A stretch of 64,000 bases of DNA from an uncultured Ectothiorhodospiraceae bacterium (GCA_964564245.1 CAZMAK010000006.1:1213-65212), one strand, 5' to 3'; shown: positions 52,096 to 61,731, counted from the first letter of the stretch. Notes: generated by a model not told the origin, from the sequence alone. Made by a program: numbers and translations.

Positions 52096-52389
52096 TCAGA
52101 GATCGAAAACGTCACTCAGCGCCTGCTGCAGCTGGCGCTCCTCGCGCAACCGCTCGATACGGCGGCGCGCCTCGGCATCGTTGCCGGCATTGGCCGCCGG
52201 CCGGGAAACCATGACCTCGAGATCCGGTATCGCCGTCAGGTCTTCCGGACCTTCATCCCATTCCGGCAGGACCGTTTCCCGGCCCTCCGGCCTGTCCGCG
52301 GCCGCCCCGGTCCCGGTTCCGGACTTGCCACGGCCGGCCCGCGCAGCCTTGCCGCCACTGCGGCCTGGACTGTGATTATTGCGCGCCAT
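52096..52389 (-). CDS. Small basic/acidic bipartite hypothetical protein
   Basis: GAGGG ribosome-binding site, Lys/Arg/Gly-rich N-terminus, acidic middle and a C-terminal helix RRRIERLREERQLQQAL. Confidence 0.35.
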   Translation of the reverse strand: MARNNHSPGRSGGKAARAGRGKSGTGTGAAADRPEGRETVLPEWDEGPEDLTAIPDLEVMVSRPAANAGNDAEARRRIERLREERQLQQALSDVFDL

Positions 52390-52693
52390 CGACGTTACCC
52401 TCGGCCCCGCTGCTGTCCGGTGCCATTGCAGCCCCGTCATCGACGGTTGCCGGTCCGGCCTCCGCGGCAGGAGCTACCGCCTCGCCCTGGTCGGCGGGAT
52501 CCGGGTAGTACCCGCCCCGCGACTCGATGCAGCCCCGCACATAGTCATTGAGCTGCTCCGGCGGCACCGCATACAGTTCCGCCTCCTGGCGACACTCCCC
52601 AGTGGGGTCTGCCGGCACCGGGGGTGCAACAACCCCAAGGCCGGCTGCAATGGCGAGGCAGACCAGTCTGCCGACGATTCTGGATTCTTTCAT
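52376..52693 (-). CDS. Small secreted hypothetical protein
   Basis: Signal peptide MKESRIVGRLVCLAIAAGLGVVA, two Cys, Pro/Ala/Asp-rich. Overlaps the downstream small gene by 14 nt. Confidence 0.35.
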   Translation of the reverse strand: MKESRIVGRLVCLAIAAGLGVVAPPVPADPTGECRQEAELYAVPPEQLNDYVRGCIESRGGYYPDPADQGEAVAPAAEAGPATVDDGAAMAPDSSGAEGNVDGAQ

Positions 52694-52817
52694 GTAGCGG
52701 TCTCCGGCAAGCTCCATAAACGGGTCGTTACGACTGGCTTATAAGGTGGCAGGAAGCACCCGGCAAACGAAATATAATTGCTTTCACGATTAACGTTGCT
52801 TATCGTCATCGCCCACC

Positions 52818-53663
52818 ATGGACATCGAACTGCTGCGCACCTTCCTCGAGGTCGTACGTACCCGCCACTTTGGCAAGGCGGCCGCGGAGCTGTGCGTCAC
52901 CCAGTCGGCCGTCAGCGCCCGTATCCGGCAACTGGAGCAGACGCTTGCCAAACCGCTGTTTGTGCGCCATCGCAACAACATCCAGCTCACGGCGGAGGGC
53001 CGGCAGTTGCGCAAGCACGCCGAGACCATCGTCCAGGTGTGGTCACGGGCACGACAGGAGACCGGGCTGGGAACGGATTACACGCGGGCACTGGCCGTCG
53101 GCGCCCTGCTGGACCTGTGGTCCACCCTGCTGGCGGGCTGGCTACCCACACTGCGGGAGCGGATGCCCGACACCGCGCTGCAGGTGGAGACCGGTACCAC
53201 CGACGCACTCATCCGCAAGCTGCAGGACAGTGTGATCGACCTGGCGATCCTGTTCGAGCCACCACAGCTACCGGCACTCGAGTTGCGGGAACTGGCAGTC
53301 ATCAATCTGGTGCTGGCCTCGACACGGCAGGGACAGACCCCGGAGCTGGCGCTTGGGCCCGGTTATGTCATGGTGGACTGGGGTACCGCCTTTGCCCAGC
53401 ATCACGCACGCCACTATCCGAACATGCCGTCCCCCGCCCTGCATATGAACCAGGGGATCCTGGTCAGGCAATACCTGCAACAGGTGCACGGGGCCGCCTA
53501 TCTGCCCGAACAGCTGCTGGCACAGGACGGCGCCGGCCGGCCGCTGTACCGCGTCGACTCGGCGGCAGTCATCGAACGGCCGGTGTACGGCGTGTTTGTT
53601 ACCGGTAATGACCGCGTCGACACCATCCGCCAGGCGCTGGACCTGGTCGCTCAACCCGCCTGA
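52818..53663 (+). CDS. LysR-family transcriptional regulator
   Basis: N-terminal HTH LRTFLEVVRTRHFGKAAAELCVTQSAVSARIRQLE and a LysR substrate-binding domain. Confidence 0.85.
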   Translation: MDIELLRTFLEVVRTRHFGKAAAELCVTQSAVSARIRQLEQTLAKPLFVRHRNNIQLTAEGRQLRKHAETIVQVWSRARQETGLGTDYTRALAVGALLDLWSTLLAGWLPTLRERMPDTALQVETGTTDALIRKLQDSVIDLAILFEPPQLPALELRELAVINLVLASTRQGQTPELALGPGYVMVDWGTAFAQHHARHYPNMPSPALHMNQGILVRQYLQQVHGAAYLPEQLLAQDGAGRPLYRVDSAAVIERPVYGVFVTGNDRVDTIRQALDLVAQPA

Positions 53664-53688
53664 CCCGCGCTGGCGGCCGGAAACGCGG

Positions 53689-54483
53689 CTACTGGCGCCG
53701 GAACAGCACGAACGAGAGATCGTCCGGCTTGTGCGGGCGTCCATCCTCCCCCGGCTGCATGCGCTCGCGACAGGCCTGTAACAGGTTCCGGCCGGCGCGG
53801 TCGAGCGGCCCCTTGCGCACCAGTTCGATGATCTCGTTGACGAACAGGTTGTCGAACAGACCGTCACTGCCCACCACCACGGTATCGTAGCGGGAAAGAT
53901 TGACGACCGGACCGATCTCGAGCCGCATGTCCGGCATGCCGACCATGTTCGAGACGATGTGACGCTCCTCGTGAAACATGGCGGCATCCGCATCGAGCAT
54001 GCCGGACGCCTCGGCATAGCCCACCGGCGAGTGCGGCACCGACTGGTACTTGAGCCTGCCGCGCTGGCCACACACCAGGATCATGGAGTCGCCCGCGTGG
54101 TAGGCACGTACCGTATCGTTGTCGATACTGACCACGGCGATGGTCGTGCCACCGCCCTGGCCACGCGCGATGACTTCCGCGTTGGCCGCCTCGATCCCGC
54201 TCAGCACGGCCTCACGCTGCGCATCACCCGACTGGCCGGTCACGCTGTCGGCAAGCTGCTGCAGGGCGAGGCCCGAGGCCAGGCTGCCGGACGGCAGGCC
54301 GCCCAGCCCGTCGGCCACGGCGACCACGGCGCTGGTCGCATCGCCCGGGATCAGCGCCGCCGCGTCCTCGTTCGGCGTTTCCCGGCCGGGGCGCGACCCG
54401 GTGTACACACAGGCCTGCCCGTCGGCCAGCGCCATGGTCAACGGCTCCGGCATGTGCATGCCCTGCAACAGCAGCACCGGCAT
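53689..54483 (-). CDS. PP2C-family Ser/Thr protein phosphatase
   Basis: GSRPGRETPNEDAAAL and VADGLGG motifs, with C-terminal DG/DN metal ligands. TGATG start/stop overlap with the upstream kinase gene. Confidence 0.75.
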   Translation of the reverse strand: MPVLLLQGMHMPEPLTMALADGQACVYTGSRPGRETPNEDAAALIPGDATSAVVAVADGLGGLPSGSLASGLALQQLADSVTGQSGDAQREAVLSGIEAANAEVIARGQGGGTTIAVVSIDNDTVRAYHAGDSMILVCGQRGRLKYQSVPHSPVGYAEASGMLDADAAMFHEERHIVSNMVGMPDMRLEIGPVVNLSRYDTVVVGSDGLFDNLFVNEIIELVRKGPLDRAGRNLLQACRERMQPGEDGRPHKPDDLSFVLFRRQ

Positions 54484-55241
54484 CAGGAATGTCCCCATTG
54501 CAGGTTTTCCAGGTACTCGCGCAGCTGCCCGGCGGTGCGGAATTTCTTCAGGATCAGGCTGCGTTTGAGGCCCATGCAGACCGCCTTGATCTCGGGCGGC
54601 TGCCGGCTGTAGTAACGCCGGCCGCCGATGGCCTCGTAGAGGATCTTCACCAGGTCCACCACGTCATCGCGGATATTCTCGGGCCTCGGCTGCCCCCAGT
54701 GAAAGAAATCCAGCAGCTTCAGGTCGAAACCCAGGCCATAGCGCTGCACCATGATGTTGTCGGTGTGCAGGTCACCGTGATATTCCTTCATCTGGTGTAT
54801 GCACTCGATCCCGGCGGCCAGCGCATGCAGCAGGTGCAGGGCCGGAAACGCGGGCAGGCGCTTGCCGGGCTGGCGGGCCAGGAACTCCGAGAGCAGCTCG
54901 CCCTCGACGAAGTCCGAAACCAGCAGGGTGATCGGCAGCTTGTGGTAGGTGATGGTTTCATGGGTGTGATACTGGATGGCAATCGGGCAATGGCGCAGTT
55001 TGTGCAGCTTGCGCGCATAGAAATTGATGGTCTTGTCACCGGGGTTGCGCTGCGGATAAAACACCTTCACGGCACGCTCGATCTGGGTCCGGTGTTCACG
55101 CACCAGGAACACCTCGCCTTCCCAGCCGCGACCCAGCAGTTTGATGACCTCGTATTTGCGCGCCAGCACGCGACCCGGCTGAATGTCGAAGCGATCGATG
55201 ACCGTAGGACGTGTCAGCTGCTTCATCATGCCGCCAAGCAT
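54483..55241 (-). CDS. Mini protein-kinase-fold protein (252 aa; Hanks/Kdo/RIO-like)
   Basis: Gly loop LGRGWEGEVFLV, catalytic Lys in AVKVF, hinge LVSDFVEGE, catalytic loop HGDLHTDNIMV and DFFHWG in place of DFG. Confidence 0.65.
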   Translation of the reverse strand: MLGGMMKQLTRPTVIDRFDIQPGRVLARKYEVIKLLGRGWEGEVFLVREHRTQIERAVKVFYPQRNPGDKTINFYARKLHKLRHCPIAIQYHTHETITYHKLPITLLVSDFVEGELLSEFLARQPGKRLPAFPALHLLHALAAGIECIHQMKEYHGDLHTDNIMVQRYGLGFDLKLLDFFHWGQPRPENIRDDVVDLVKILYEAIGGRRYYSRQPPEIKAVCMGLKRSLILKKFRTAGQLREYLENLQWGHS

Positions 55242-55297
55242 AACCCTGCCCGGTACGGGTGGCCAGCGGACATGGAAGTGTTCCGTAGCAGCGGCAA

Positions 55298-56965
55298 TCA
55301 GCCCTCGTCGTACCGGTCGGTGTTGAACCTGCTTTCCAGCAGCCGGTAGACCTCGGCAATGGTGCGCGGCTTGTTGTTGCGCTTGTGAAAGATCGTGCTG
55401 TTGCGCAGCGCCGGCCCCGGGAAAATGTCGCCGGCGATCTGGTCCGGGTTTTCGTCCAGCGCCTTCAGGAAGGAGATGGCGCCCGCGGTACCGAAGAAGT
55501 GGGTCAGGTACAGGTCCGCGCGTCCCGGTTCACGGGCCAGCGAGCTGGCCAGCCGTATGCGGCTGGTGCGCACCCGCTCCGCCGCCAGCAGGGCGGCATA
55601 GCGGGGATCGAGGCGCAGTGCCAGTACGCGCTGCAGCATTGCAGCGTCCGCCATCCGGGGCTGCGCGGTATCGCCGGCGTATTCGATGTGCACAGCCTGC
55701 TCGCCAAGCGTATAGCGGCCACCGTATCGCTTCACTGCGTCCAGCCAGGATTCCTCCTTGAACTGGTAGAGGCCGCAGGCCGTGGTGGTCTTCGCGCAGG
55801 CCTGCGGATTGAAGCTGCTCTCGATCGAGGCCAGTTCCATCAGGTAGGGAAAATCGACACCGGTACGCAGACTGGCCAGGCGGATGGCCGCCACGACACC
55901 GCTGGCGACGCTGTACCGGTGTGCGTCCTCCCGTGCAAGCACGGCAAAATCATGCAGCATCTGCCGCTGCATCTCCACCGGACTGGATTCCTGCCGGTAG
56001 AATACCAGGAATTGCCGCATGGCCTGTACGGGCCGGGTCTTGCCCGCCAGCAGGCCAAGTACCCGCAGGTCGGCGCGCATCTTCCGGTCCGGTGTTTGCG
56101 GCGGTGCTGCCGCCGCCGAAGCCACCGCGGAGGATTGCCCGCCCGGCTCGCCACGCAACAGCTTGCCGTGTGTCCCCGCCGCGGCCGGTGCCGGCTGGTC
56201 CGTCGTACCGTCGCTCCCCGGGGTCGCGGGTGTGGAAAGACCGGGAACCGGTCGATCGATCCGGGGCGGCTGTTCCAGTGCCCGGGAAAGTTTCTCCAGC
56301 AGTTCCTCGTGGGTCCGGAAGTGCGCCTGCATCAGCAGCTGCAACTTGTCGATGCCCTGGCCGATGCCGGTCAGGTCCAGCTGGCCGCCGGTGTAGTCGC
56401 GCAACACCAGCGCCGTGGTCAGCGCACCGGACAGGAACAGCAACCCGGCGATGACCGCGGCCTGCAGCAACGGGAAACGCGGGCGCACCTGCCCGCGCAG
56501 TGACTGGAGCAGCTCCTGGCTGGTCTCCAGGAAGGTGTGCGACATGTCCGACTGCAGCGATAGCAGGTTTTTCTGCTCGGCCTGCAGGTGCTGCAGTACG
56601 TCGTGTGTCAGGTACAGGTTGGATTCATGCTGGTGACGGGCATCCTCGAGCTGCGTCTCCAGCACCTGTACACGCTGATCGGTCTGCTGCTGGTGCCGGG
56701 CGGCCTGTTGCAGGGAGTCATCCAGCAACTGCGCCTGCTTGCGCGCGTGATCCCGGTCCAGCTCGATATGGCTGATCTGCAGTCGTAACCCCGCAATCTG
56801 CTCCCGGTCGCTGTCACGTGTACGCGTGTACTCCTCGCGCACCTGCGCCAGTTCCGCACCGACCCGGGCATGCTCGGCACGCACCTCGTCCAGTTCCTGC
56901 CGCAGCGCGCGCGTGCGCGGCAGGGAAAACTGTCTGATGCTTAGCAATGTGCTCTGCCAGTCCAT
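55298..56965 (-). CDS. Bitopic membrane protein with a cytoplasmic coiled coil and a periplasmic lytic transglycosylase (SLT) domain
   Basis: About 180 aa of heptad-rich, Gln/Arg/Glu-rich sequence, one transmembrane helix (LLQAAVIAGLLFLSGALTTALVL), a Pro/Ala linker, then SLT motifs ELASIESSFN and CGLYQF. Confidence 0.65.
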   Translation of the reverse strand: MDWQSTLLSIRQFSLPRTRALRQELDEVRAEHARVGAELAQVREEYTRTRDSDREQIAGLRLQISHIELDRDHARKQAQLLDDSLQQAARHQQQTDQRVQVLETQLEDARHQHESNLYLTHDVLQHLQAEQKNLLSLQSDMSHTFLETSQELLQSLRGQVRPRFPLLQAAVIAGLLFLSGALTTALVLRDYTGGQLDLTGIGQGIDKLQLLMQAHFRTHEELLEKLSRALEQPPRIDRPVPGLSTPATPGSDGTTDQPAPAAAGTHGKLLRGEPGGQSSAVASAAAAPPQTPDRKMRADLRVLGLLAGKTRPVQAMRQFLVFYRQESSPVEMQRQMLHDFAVLAREDAHRYSVASGVVAAIRLASLRTGVDFPYLMELASIESSFNPQACAKTTTACGLYQFKEESWLDAVKRYGGRYTLGEQAVHIEYAGDTAQPRMADAAMLQRVLALRLDPRYAALLAAERVRTSRIRLASSLAREPGRADLYLTHFFGTAGAISFLKALDENPDQIAGDIFPGPALRNSTIFHKRNNKPRTIAEVYRLLESRFNTDRYDEG

Positions 56966-57178
56966 GCGTTCCGGTAGCTTGCGGCGTATTGTTATTGCAC
57001 GGTGTAATGATTATGTACCGCGTCAGTATATCGCCATCGGAGCGGCGTGGTAGCTCGCCGCAAACCGCTCTGATCCCGATTTTCCCCCTATTTTCACGGA
57101 CGGGAGACAGCCGGTCTATGCGACCTAGGTCCAACAGCAGTGTTGATGGGCGTGAATCACCCAATGAATAACAATGCC

Positions 57179-57982
57179 TTACCTTCCGTTCTGAATGTTA
57201 ATTCCAAGCCAGTGGGTCCATTCCGCAAACAGCGACCGGTCGACGGCGCCCACGGCGGATCGTGGCGCCAGTGACTGGGTGAACACCGGCTCGCCATCGA
57301 GGGTACAGGCCAGCCCGCCGGCCTCCTCGAAGATCAGGTGCCCGGCCGCGTAGTCCCAGACCCTGGAGCGGCCATGCAGGTACACGTGGCTGCGTGCACA
57401 AGACAGCCAGCACCAGTCCAGTGCGACCGAGCCAAAGCTGCGCTGCGAGGCATAGGGCGTGTGTTGCACCAGCCGCGTTGCCAGTGCCGGCTGCAGGCGT
57501 TTGAGGTCGACCATTGCGGTCGCCTGGCGTAAGGGCCGCTGCACCGGTTCGAGCCGCAACGGTTCGCCGTTGAGCAATGCGCCCTGTCCGGCCACGGCAC
57601 TGAAACACTCGTCACGCAGGGGGTCATACACCAGGCCGAGCAGTACCCGGCCCGCGCTGAGCAGCGCCAGCGACACACCGAAATACGGAATGCCGACGGC
57701 AAAATTGCTGGTGCCGTCCAGCGGGTCGAGACACCAGACGGGCTGTTCGGCCGTGATGAGCCGTTGCTGCTCCGCGGCCGTCATTTCCTCACCGAGGAAT
57801 ACCGTGCCCGGCCACAGCCCGAGCAGGGCGTTTGCCACCCGCTCCTGCATGGCCAGGTCCGCCTCCGTCAGCAGGCTGCCATCGGCCTTGCGGGTATGGG
57901 TCACGCGATTGAAACGCGGCAGCAGTTCCTCACGCGCCGCGGGGACAATCACCTCCCGCAGTGCAGCCAGCTCCGGTTTCAT
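57179..57982 (-). CDS. Inositol monophosphatase-family protein (SuhB/CysQ-like)
   Basis: WCLDPLDGTSNF and WDYAAG motifs. Start set at MKPELAAL. Confidence 0.75.
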   Translation of the reverse strand: MKPELAALREVIVPAAREELLPRFNRVTHTRKADGSLLTEADLAMQERVANALLGLWPGTVFLGEEMTAAEQQRLITAEQPVWCLDPLDGTSNFAVGIPYFGVSLALLSAGRVLLGLVYDPLRDECFSAVAGQGALLNGEPLRLEPVQRPLRQATAMVDLKRLQPALATRLVQHTPYASQRSFGSVALDWCWLSCARSHVYLHGRSRVWDYAAGHLIFEEAGGLACTLDGEPVFTQSLAPRSAVGAVDRSLFAEWTHWLGINIQNGR

Positions 57983-58184
57983 CCTGCGGCCCCCGCACCC
58001 GGCCGGCCTGCCGTCCGGTGCCGAAGCAAATCTTCCATGTCCTCTCCCCTGGCGTACCGGGTCCCATGATAAGGAATCGCGCAAACCGGTTCATGTCTTC
58101 TTTTCCCGGCACCGGCAGGCAGGTGTGGTCCTGTCCACCGCACGGCCCGGTAGGCTTGCCTCCCGGGCCGTGTTATAAAGCCGC

Positions 58185-59189
58185 ATGCGCGCCATCCTGA
58201 TGACAGCCACCGGTCCTGCCCGCGAGGTCCTGCGGGAGTCCGAGGTACCCGTACCCGAGATCACCCGGCCCACGCAGATCCGCGTGCAGCTCAGGGCCGC
58301 CGGGGTGAATCCCGTCGACACCAAACTGCGCAGCCGGGGCCTGTTCTACCCGGATGCCCTCCCGGCTATCCTCGGTTGCGATGGCGCCGGCGTGGTCACC
58401 GACTGCGGCAGCGCGGTCACCCGGTTCCGCAGCGGCGATGAGGTCTGGTTCTGCCATGGCGGCCTGGGCGGGAACCCGGGCAACTATGCCGACTACACGG
58501 TGCTGGAGGAGAACGAGGCCGAACGCAAGCCGGTCTCGCTCACCTTTGCCGAGGCCGCCGCGCTGCCACTGGTACTGATCACGGCGTGGGAGGCTCTGTT
58601 CGACCGCGCCCGGCTCAGCGGCGAGCAACGCGTCCTGATCCATGGCGGCGCGGGCGGCGTCGGTCATGTCGCTATCCAGCTGGCCCGGTCGGTGGGCGCC
58701 ACGGTCGCGACCACGGTGAGCGACGAGGCCAGGGCAAAGCTGGTCCGCTCGCTGGGCGCCGAACACGTGATCGACTATACCCGGGAGGATTTTGTTGCCG
58801 CGACGCGCGACTGGAGCGGGGGCGCCGGTACGGATGTCATCCTCGATACCGTGGGCGGCCAGGTATTCCGCGACAGCATGGGCGCAGCCCGCGTGTATGG
58901 ACAGCTGGTCACCCTGCTCGATCCCGGTACCGGGGTGAACTGGAAGGAGGCCCGCGACCGCAACCTCTCCGTCAGCTTCACCCTGATGCTGACGCCGATG
59001 CTGCAGGACCTGCCGAAGGCCCGCGCACACCAGCTGGAAATCCTGCGCCAGTGCGCCATCCTGATCGACAGCGGGAAACTCCGGCCGGTGATCGCGGAAG
59101 TCCTGCCGCTGGCCGAGGCGGCCAGCGCCCACGAGCGGATCGAGGCCGGTCACCTGGCCGGCAAGCTCGTGCTGTCGACCGGCGACTGA
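58185..59189 (+). CDS. Zinc-type alcohol dehydrogenase-family NAD(P)H:quinone oxidoreductase (MDR)
   Basis: GxGxxG-like VLIHGGAGGVGHVAIQLAR and N-terminal GVNPVD. Confidence 0.8.
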   Translation: MRAILMTATGPAREVLRESEVPVPEITRPTQIRVQLRAAGVNPVDTKLRSRGLFYPDALPAILGCDGAGVVTDCGSAVTRFRSGDEVWFCHGGLGGNPGNYADYTVLEENEAERKPVSLTFAEAAALPLVLITAWEALFDRARLSGEQRVLIHGGAGGVGHVAIQLARSVGATVATTVSDEARAKLVRSLGAEHVIDYTREDFVAATRDWSGGAGTDVILDTVGGQVFRDSMGAARVYGQLVTLLDPGTGVNWKEARDRNLSVSFTLMLTPMLQDLPKARAHQLEILRQCAILIDSGKLRPVIAEVLPLAEAASAHERIEAGHLAGKLVLSTGD

Positions 59190-59206
59190 GCACCGCCCGC
59201 GCCGCG

Positions 59207-59872
59207 TCAGGCGCGGGTCCTGAACCAGCCGGTGATACTCATGCGGTGCCGCGTCGAGGGCAACACCTCGTGCAGGTAGCGTGCGCTCAGAAAGGTGACC
59301 AGCTGGCCACCCAGCGGCAGGATTTCCTCGTAATGCCGCTCGTCACGCGCATCGGTATAGAGCCGCAACTGACCGCCATCGGCTGCCTGCCAGTCCTCGT
59401 TCAGGTAGAGGATGCAGGATACGCAACGGGTACCCATGTCGCGGAACTGGTCGAGGTGCTTGCGGTAGTACGTACCCGGCGGATAGACCGCGAGGTGAGC
59501 CTCGAATTCGAACAACCCGAGGTAGAGCGTACCGTTGATGGCCAGGCGCAATTGCTCCAGCACGGCCAGGTAGTACCGATGCGCCGGGTCACACTGTGAC
59601 GGATCCAGCCAGCGCACCCGGTCGGTACGTACCGACGGCCTGAACTGCAGGCCGGCACCGCGGCCGACGCCGGCCGGTCGGAAGTCACCCCGCTGCCAGT
59701 GTGCCTGTAATTCATCGCGAGCCTGTCCGGTCAGGACGGCGGGCAGGAAGCCCGGTGTGACACACCAGCCCTGCTCGTCCAGCGTAGCGGCGATCTGCGC
59801 ACACAGGGGATCCACCGTGGCATACAGCTCGCACGGGGCGGGTTCCGAATGATGGACGGATATGGGATACAC
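59207..59872 (-). CDS. 2OG-Fe(II) oxygenase (prolyl-4-hydroxylase-like)
   Basis: YRKHLDQ ... CILYLNEDWQAADGGQLRLY carries an HxD...H triad-type P4Hc signature. The start is an inferred GTG; the ribosome-binding site is weak, so the start is uncertain. Confidence 0.55.
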   Translation of the reverse strand: MYPISVHHSEPAPCELYATVDPLCAQIAATLDEQGWCVTPGFLPAVLTGQARDELQAHWQRGDFRPAGVGRGAGLQFRPSVRTDRVRWLDPSQCDPAHRYYLAVLEQLRLAINGTLYLGLFEFEAHLAVYPPGTYYRKHLDQFRDMGTRCVSCILYLNEDWQAADGGQLRLYTDARDERHYEEILPLGGQLVTFLSARYLHEVLPSTRHRMSITGWFRTRA

Positions 59873-59989
59873 CTGTCGAAAGGCGCATGGGGCAGGCGAT
59901 TCTGCGCGCGGGATTATGCGCCGCCCGGGGCAAACACGCCATACCTGCTGGCCGGCAAGGGATTGCCTGTTCCGTGTTATGAAATTAGC

Positions 59990-60125
59990 CCCCCGCTGTA
60001 CAAACCTTGCGTCCCTTCTCCCCCCGGGAGAAGGACAGGATGAGGGGATCAAAAATCAGGCAGTTAACTGAATCTGATCCCCTCACCCCAGCCCTCTCCC
60101 GGAGGGAGAGGGCGTTTGTGGGACT
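59990..60125. repeat. Three tandem GC-rich palindromic hairpins (REP-like / terminator block)
   Basis: ccttctcccc-cc-ggggagaagg, gaggggatcaaaaatcaggcagttaactgaatctgatcccctc and ccctctcccgg-agggagaggg lie between two same-strand genes. Confidence 0.5.
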
Positions 60126-60141
60126 GTAATGAATATACCGG

Positions 60142-60753
60142 TCACATACCGTTCTTGAACTGGTCGGTGTCGGTGGCGCCGCTGGCGCGTACCTGGCGCA
60201 GCGCCAGGCCGTACTGCTTGAGGATACCCAGCGCCCAGCGCAGGCGTGCGCGGAAATACTCGTCCGCGCCGGGATCATTCTGTGCCGGATCGTCATTCAA
60301 CACCCGCTCGACGTGGCGTACGATCACGTGCTCGGGGATGTAGCACAGGCGCGAGTTCTTGTAGCTGCTCATGCGCAGTTCCGCCACCGGGTAGGCCCCG
60401 CCATCGCCGGCGGACACGGACACGATCAGGGCCGGCTTGTGGCCCAGTTCGTTGCGCCCAAACAGCAGGAAGAAGTTCTTCAGCCCGGCCGGTACCTGGC
60501 CATGCCATTCCGGCGTGACCACCACGAACGCGTCACTGGAGGACAGCTCGGCACGGATCGGATCGAGCAGCGGCGGCCACTTTTCGCCCCCCTCCCAGAC
60601 CCCCATGTCCCACAACGGCAACGGGTTGTCGGCGAGGCTGATCAGCGCGGATTCCTCGCAGATGCCGTCATCCAGCATATTCCGGATCTGGCGTGCGACC
60701 TTGAGACTTTGTGCCTGTGCACGGTGACTGCCGCAGATAACGGTGATTTTCAT
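60142..60753 (-). CDS. NADPH-dependent FMN reductase (flavodoxin-like fold, ChrR/YieF-like)
   Basis: MKITVICGSHR with a Ser/Arg phosphate-binding loop. 203 aa. Confidence 0.7.
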   Translation of the reverse strand: MKITVICGSHRAQAQSLKVARQIRNMLDDGICEESALISLADNPLPLWDMGVWEGGEKWPPLLDPIRAELSSSDAFVVVTPEWHGQVPAGLKNFFLLFGRNELGHKPALIVSVSAGDGGAYPVAELRMSSYKNSRLCYIPEHVIVRHVERVLNDDPAQNDPGADEYFRARLRWALGILKQYGLALRQVRASGATDTDQFKNGM

Positions 60754-60849
60754 GCCTTCTCCTCGGGTTTGACCATCACACCGGTCCGCCATTGTACGAC
60801 GGCCGCCAGATGCGTCCGCTAATCCGCTGCGCAGGTCCCTGCTTTCGCG

Positions 60850-61731
60850 CTAGCCTTTCTTTTCGGATTCCAGCAGCCGCCGCATCTCGTCGAAGCGGTC
60901 GCGCTCCCTGTCGCCGACCTGCGGGAAGTGCATCTCCAGCGAGTGCATGGCGCGAACCACGATGTCCGCCACGCACATGCGCATATAGGACTTGCTGTCG
61001 GCCGGGATCGCATACCAGGGTGCCCAGGGACGCGAGGTCTCCCGCAGCGCCTGCTCGTAGGCGTGCATGTAGTCGTCCCAGTAGCCGCGCTCGAGCACGT
61101 CACTGCTGGAAAACTTCCAGTTCTTCTCCGGCGTCTCCAGCCGGCTCAGAAAACGCTGGCGTTGTTCCTCCCGGGAGACATTCAGCCAGAATTTCAGCAC
61201 CACGGTGCCGTTGCGCGCAATGTGCTCCTCGTGGGCGCGAATCGACGCATAGCGGTCCGCCCAGAGGGTGTCATGGCTGGTCGCGGATGGCAGCCGCTGG
61301 TTGTCCAGGATCGCGGGATGGACCCGCACGATCAGCACCTCTTCGTAGTGACTGCGGTTGAACACGCCGATACGGCCGCGTTGCGGCAGGCGGCGGGTCG
61401 TGCGCCAGAGGAAGTCGTGGTCCAGTTCCTCGCTGCTTGGCTGCTTGAACGAATATACCTCGCAACCGGCCGGGTTGATGCCCTGCAGCACGGCGCGAAT
61501 GGTGCTGTCCTTGCCGGCCGCGTCCATACCCTGGAACACCAGCAGCATGGCATGCCGGTCATCGGCGTAAAACATGCGTTGTAGTTCATCGAGTTCACCA
61601 ATCAGTCGCTGCAGTTCCTTCTCGCGTCCGTTCTTGTCCGGCACGTTGTCCGGCCGCTTCGTCGACGCCTTGCCGACATCGAAAGATCCGTCAAACGGAA
61701 CCAGCCACTGGCTTTCCGGTGCTGCAAACAT
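60850..61731 (-). CDS. Polyphosphate kinase 2 family (polyP:nucleotide phosphotransferase)
   Basis: Walker A FQGMDAAGKDSTI, Walker B LVFNRSHYEEV and the PPK2 lid region. AGGGGGA ribosome-binding site. Confidence 0.85.
   Translation of the reverse strand: MFAAPESQWLVPFDGSFDVGKASTKRPDNVPDKNGREKELQRLIGELDELQRMFYADDRHAMLLVFQGMDAAGKDSTIRAVLQGINPAGCEVYSFKQPSSEELDHDFLWRTTRRLPQRGRIGVFNRSHYEEVLIVRVHPAILDNQRLPSATSHDTLWADRYASIRAHEEHIARNGTVVLKFWLNVSREEQRQRFLSRLETPEKNWKFSSSDVLERGYWDDYMHAYEQALRETSRPWAPWYAIPADSKSYMRMCVADIVVRAMHSLEMHFPQVGDRERDRFDEMRRLLESEKKG

Noticed and set aside
58173-59153. 326-aa minus-strand ORF
   Set aside because: Antisense to the MDR quinone oxidoreductase gene.
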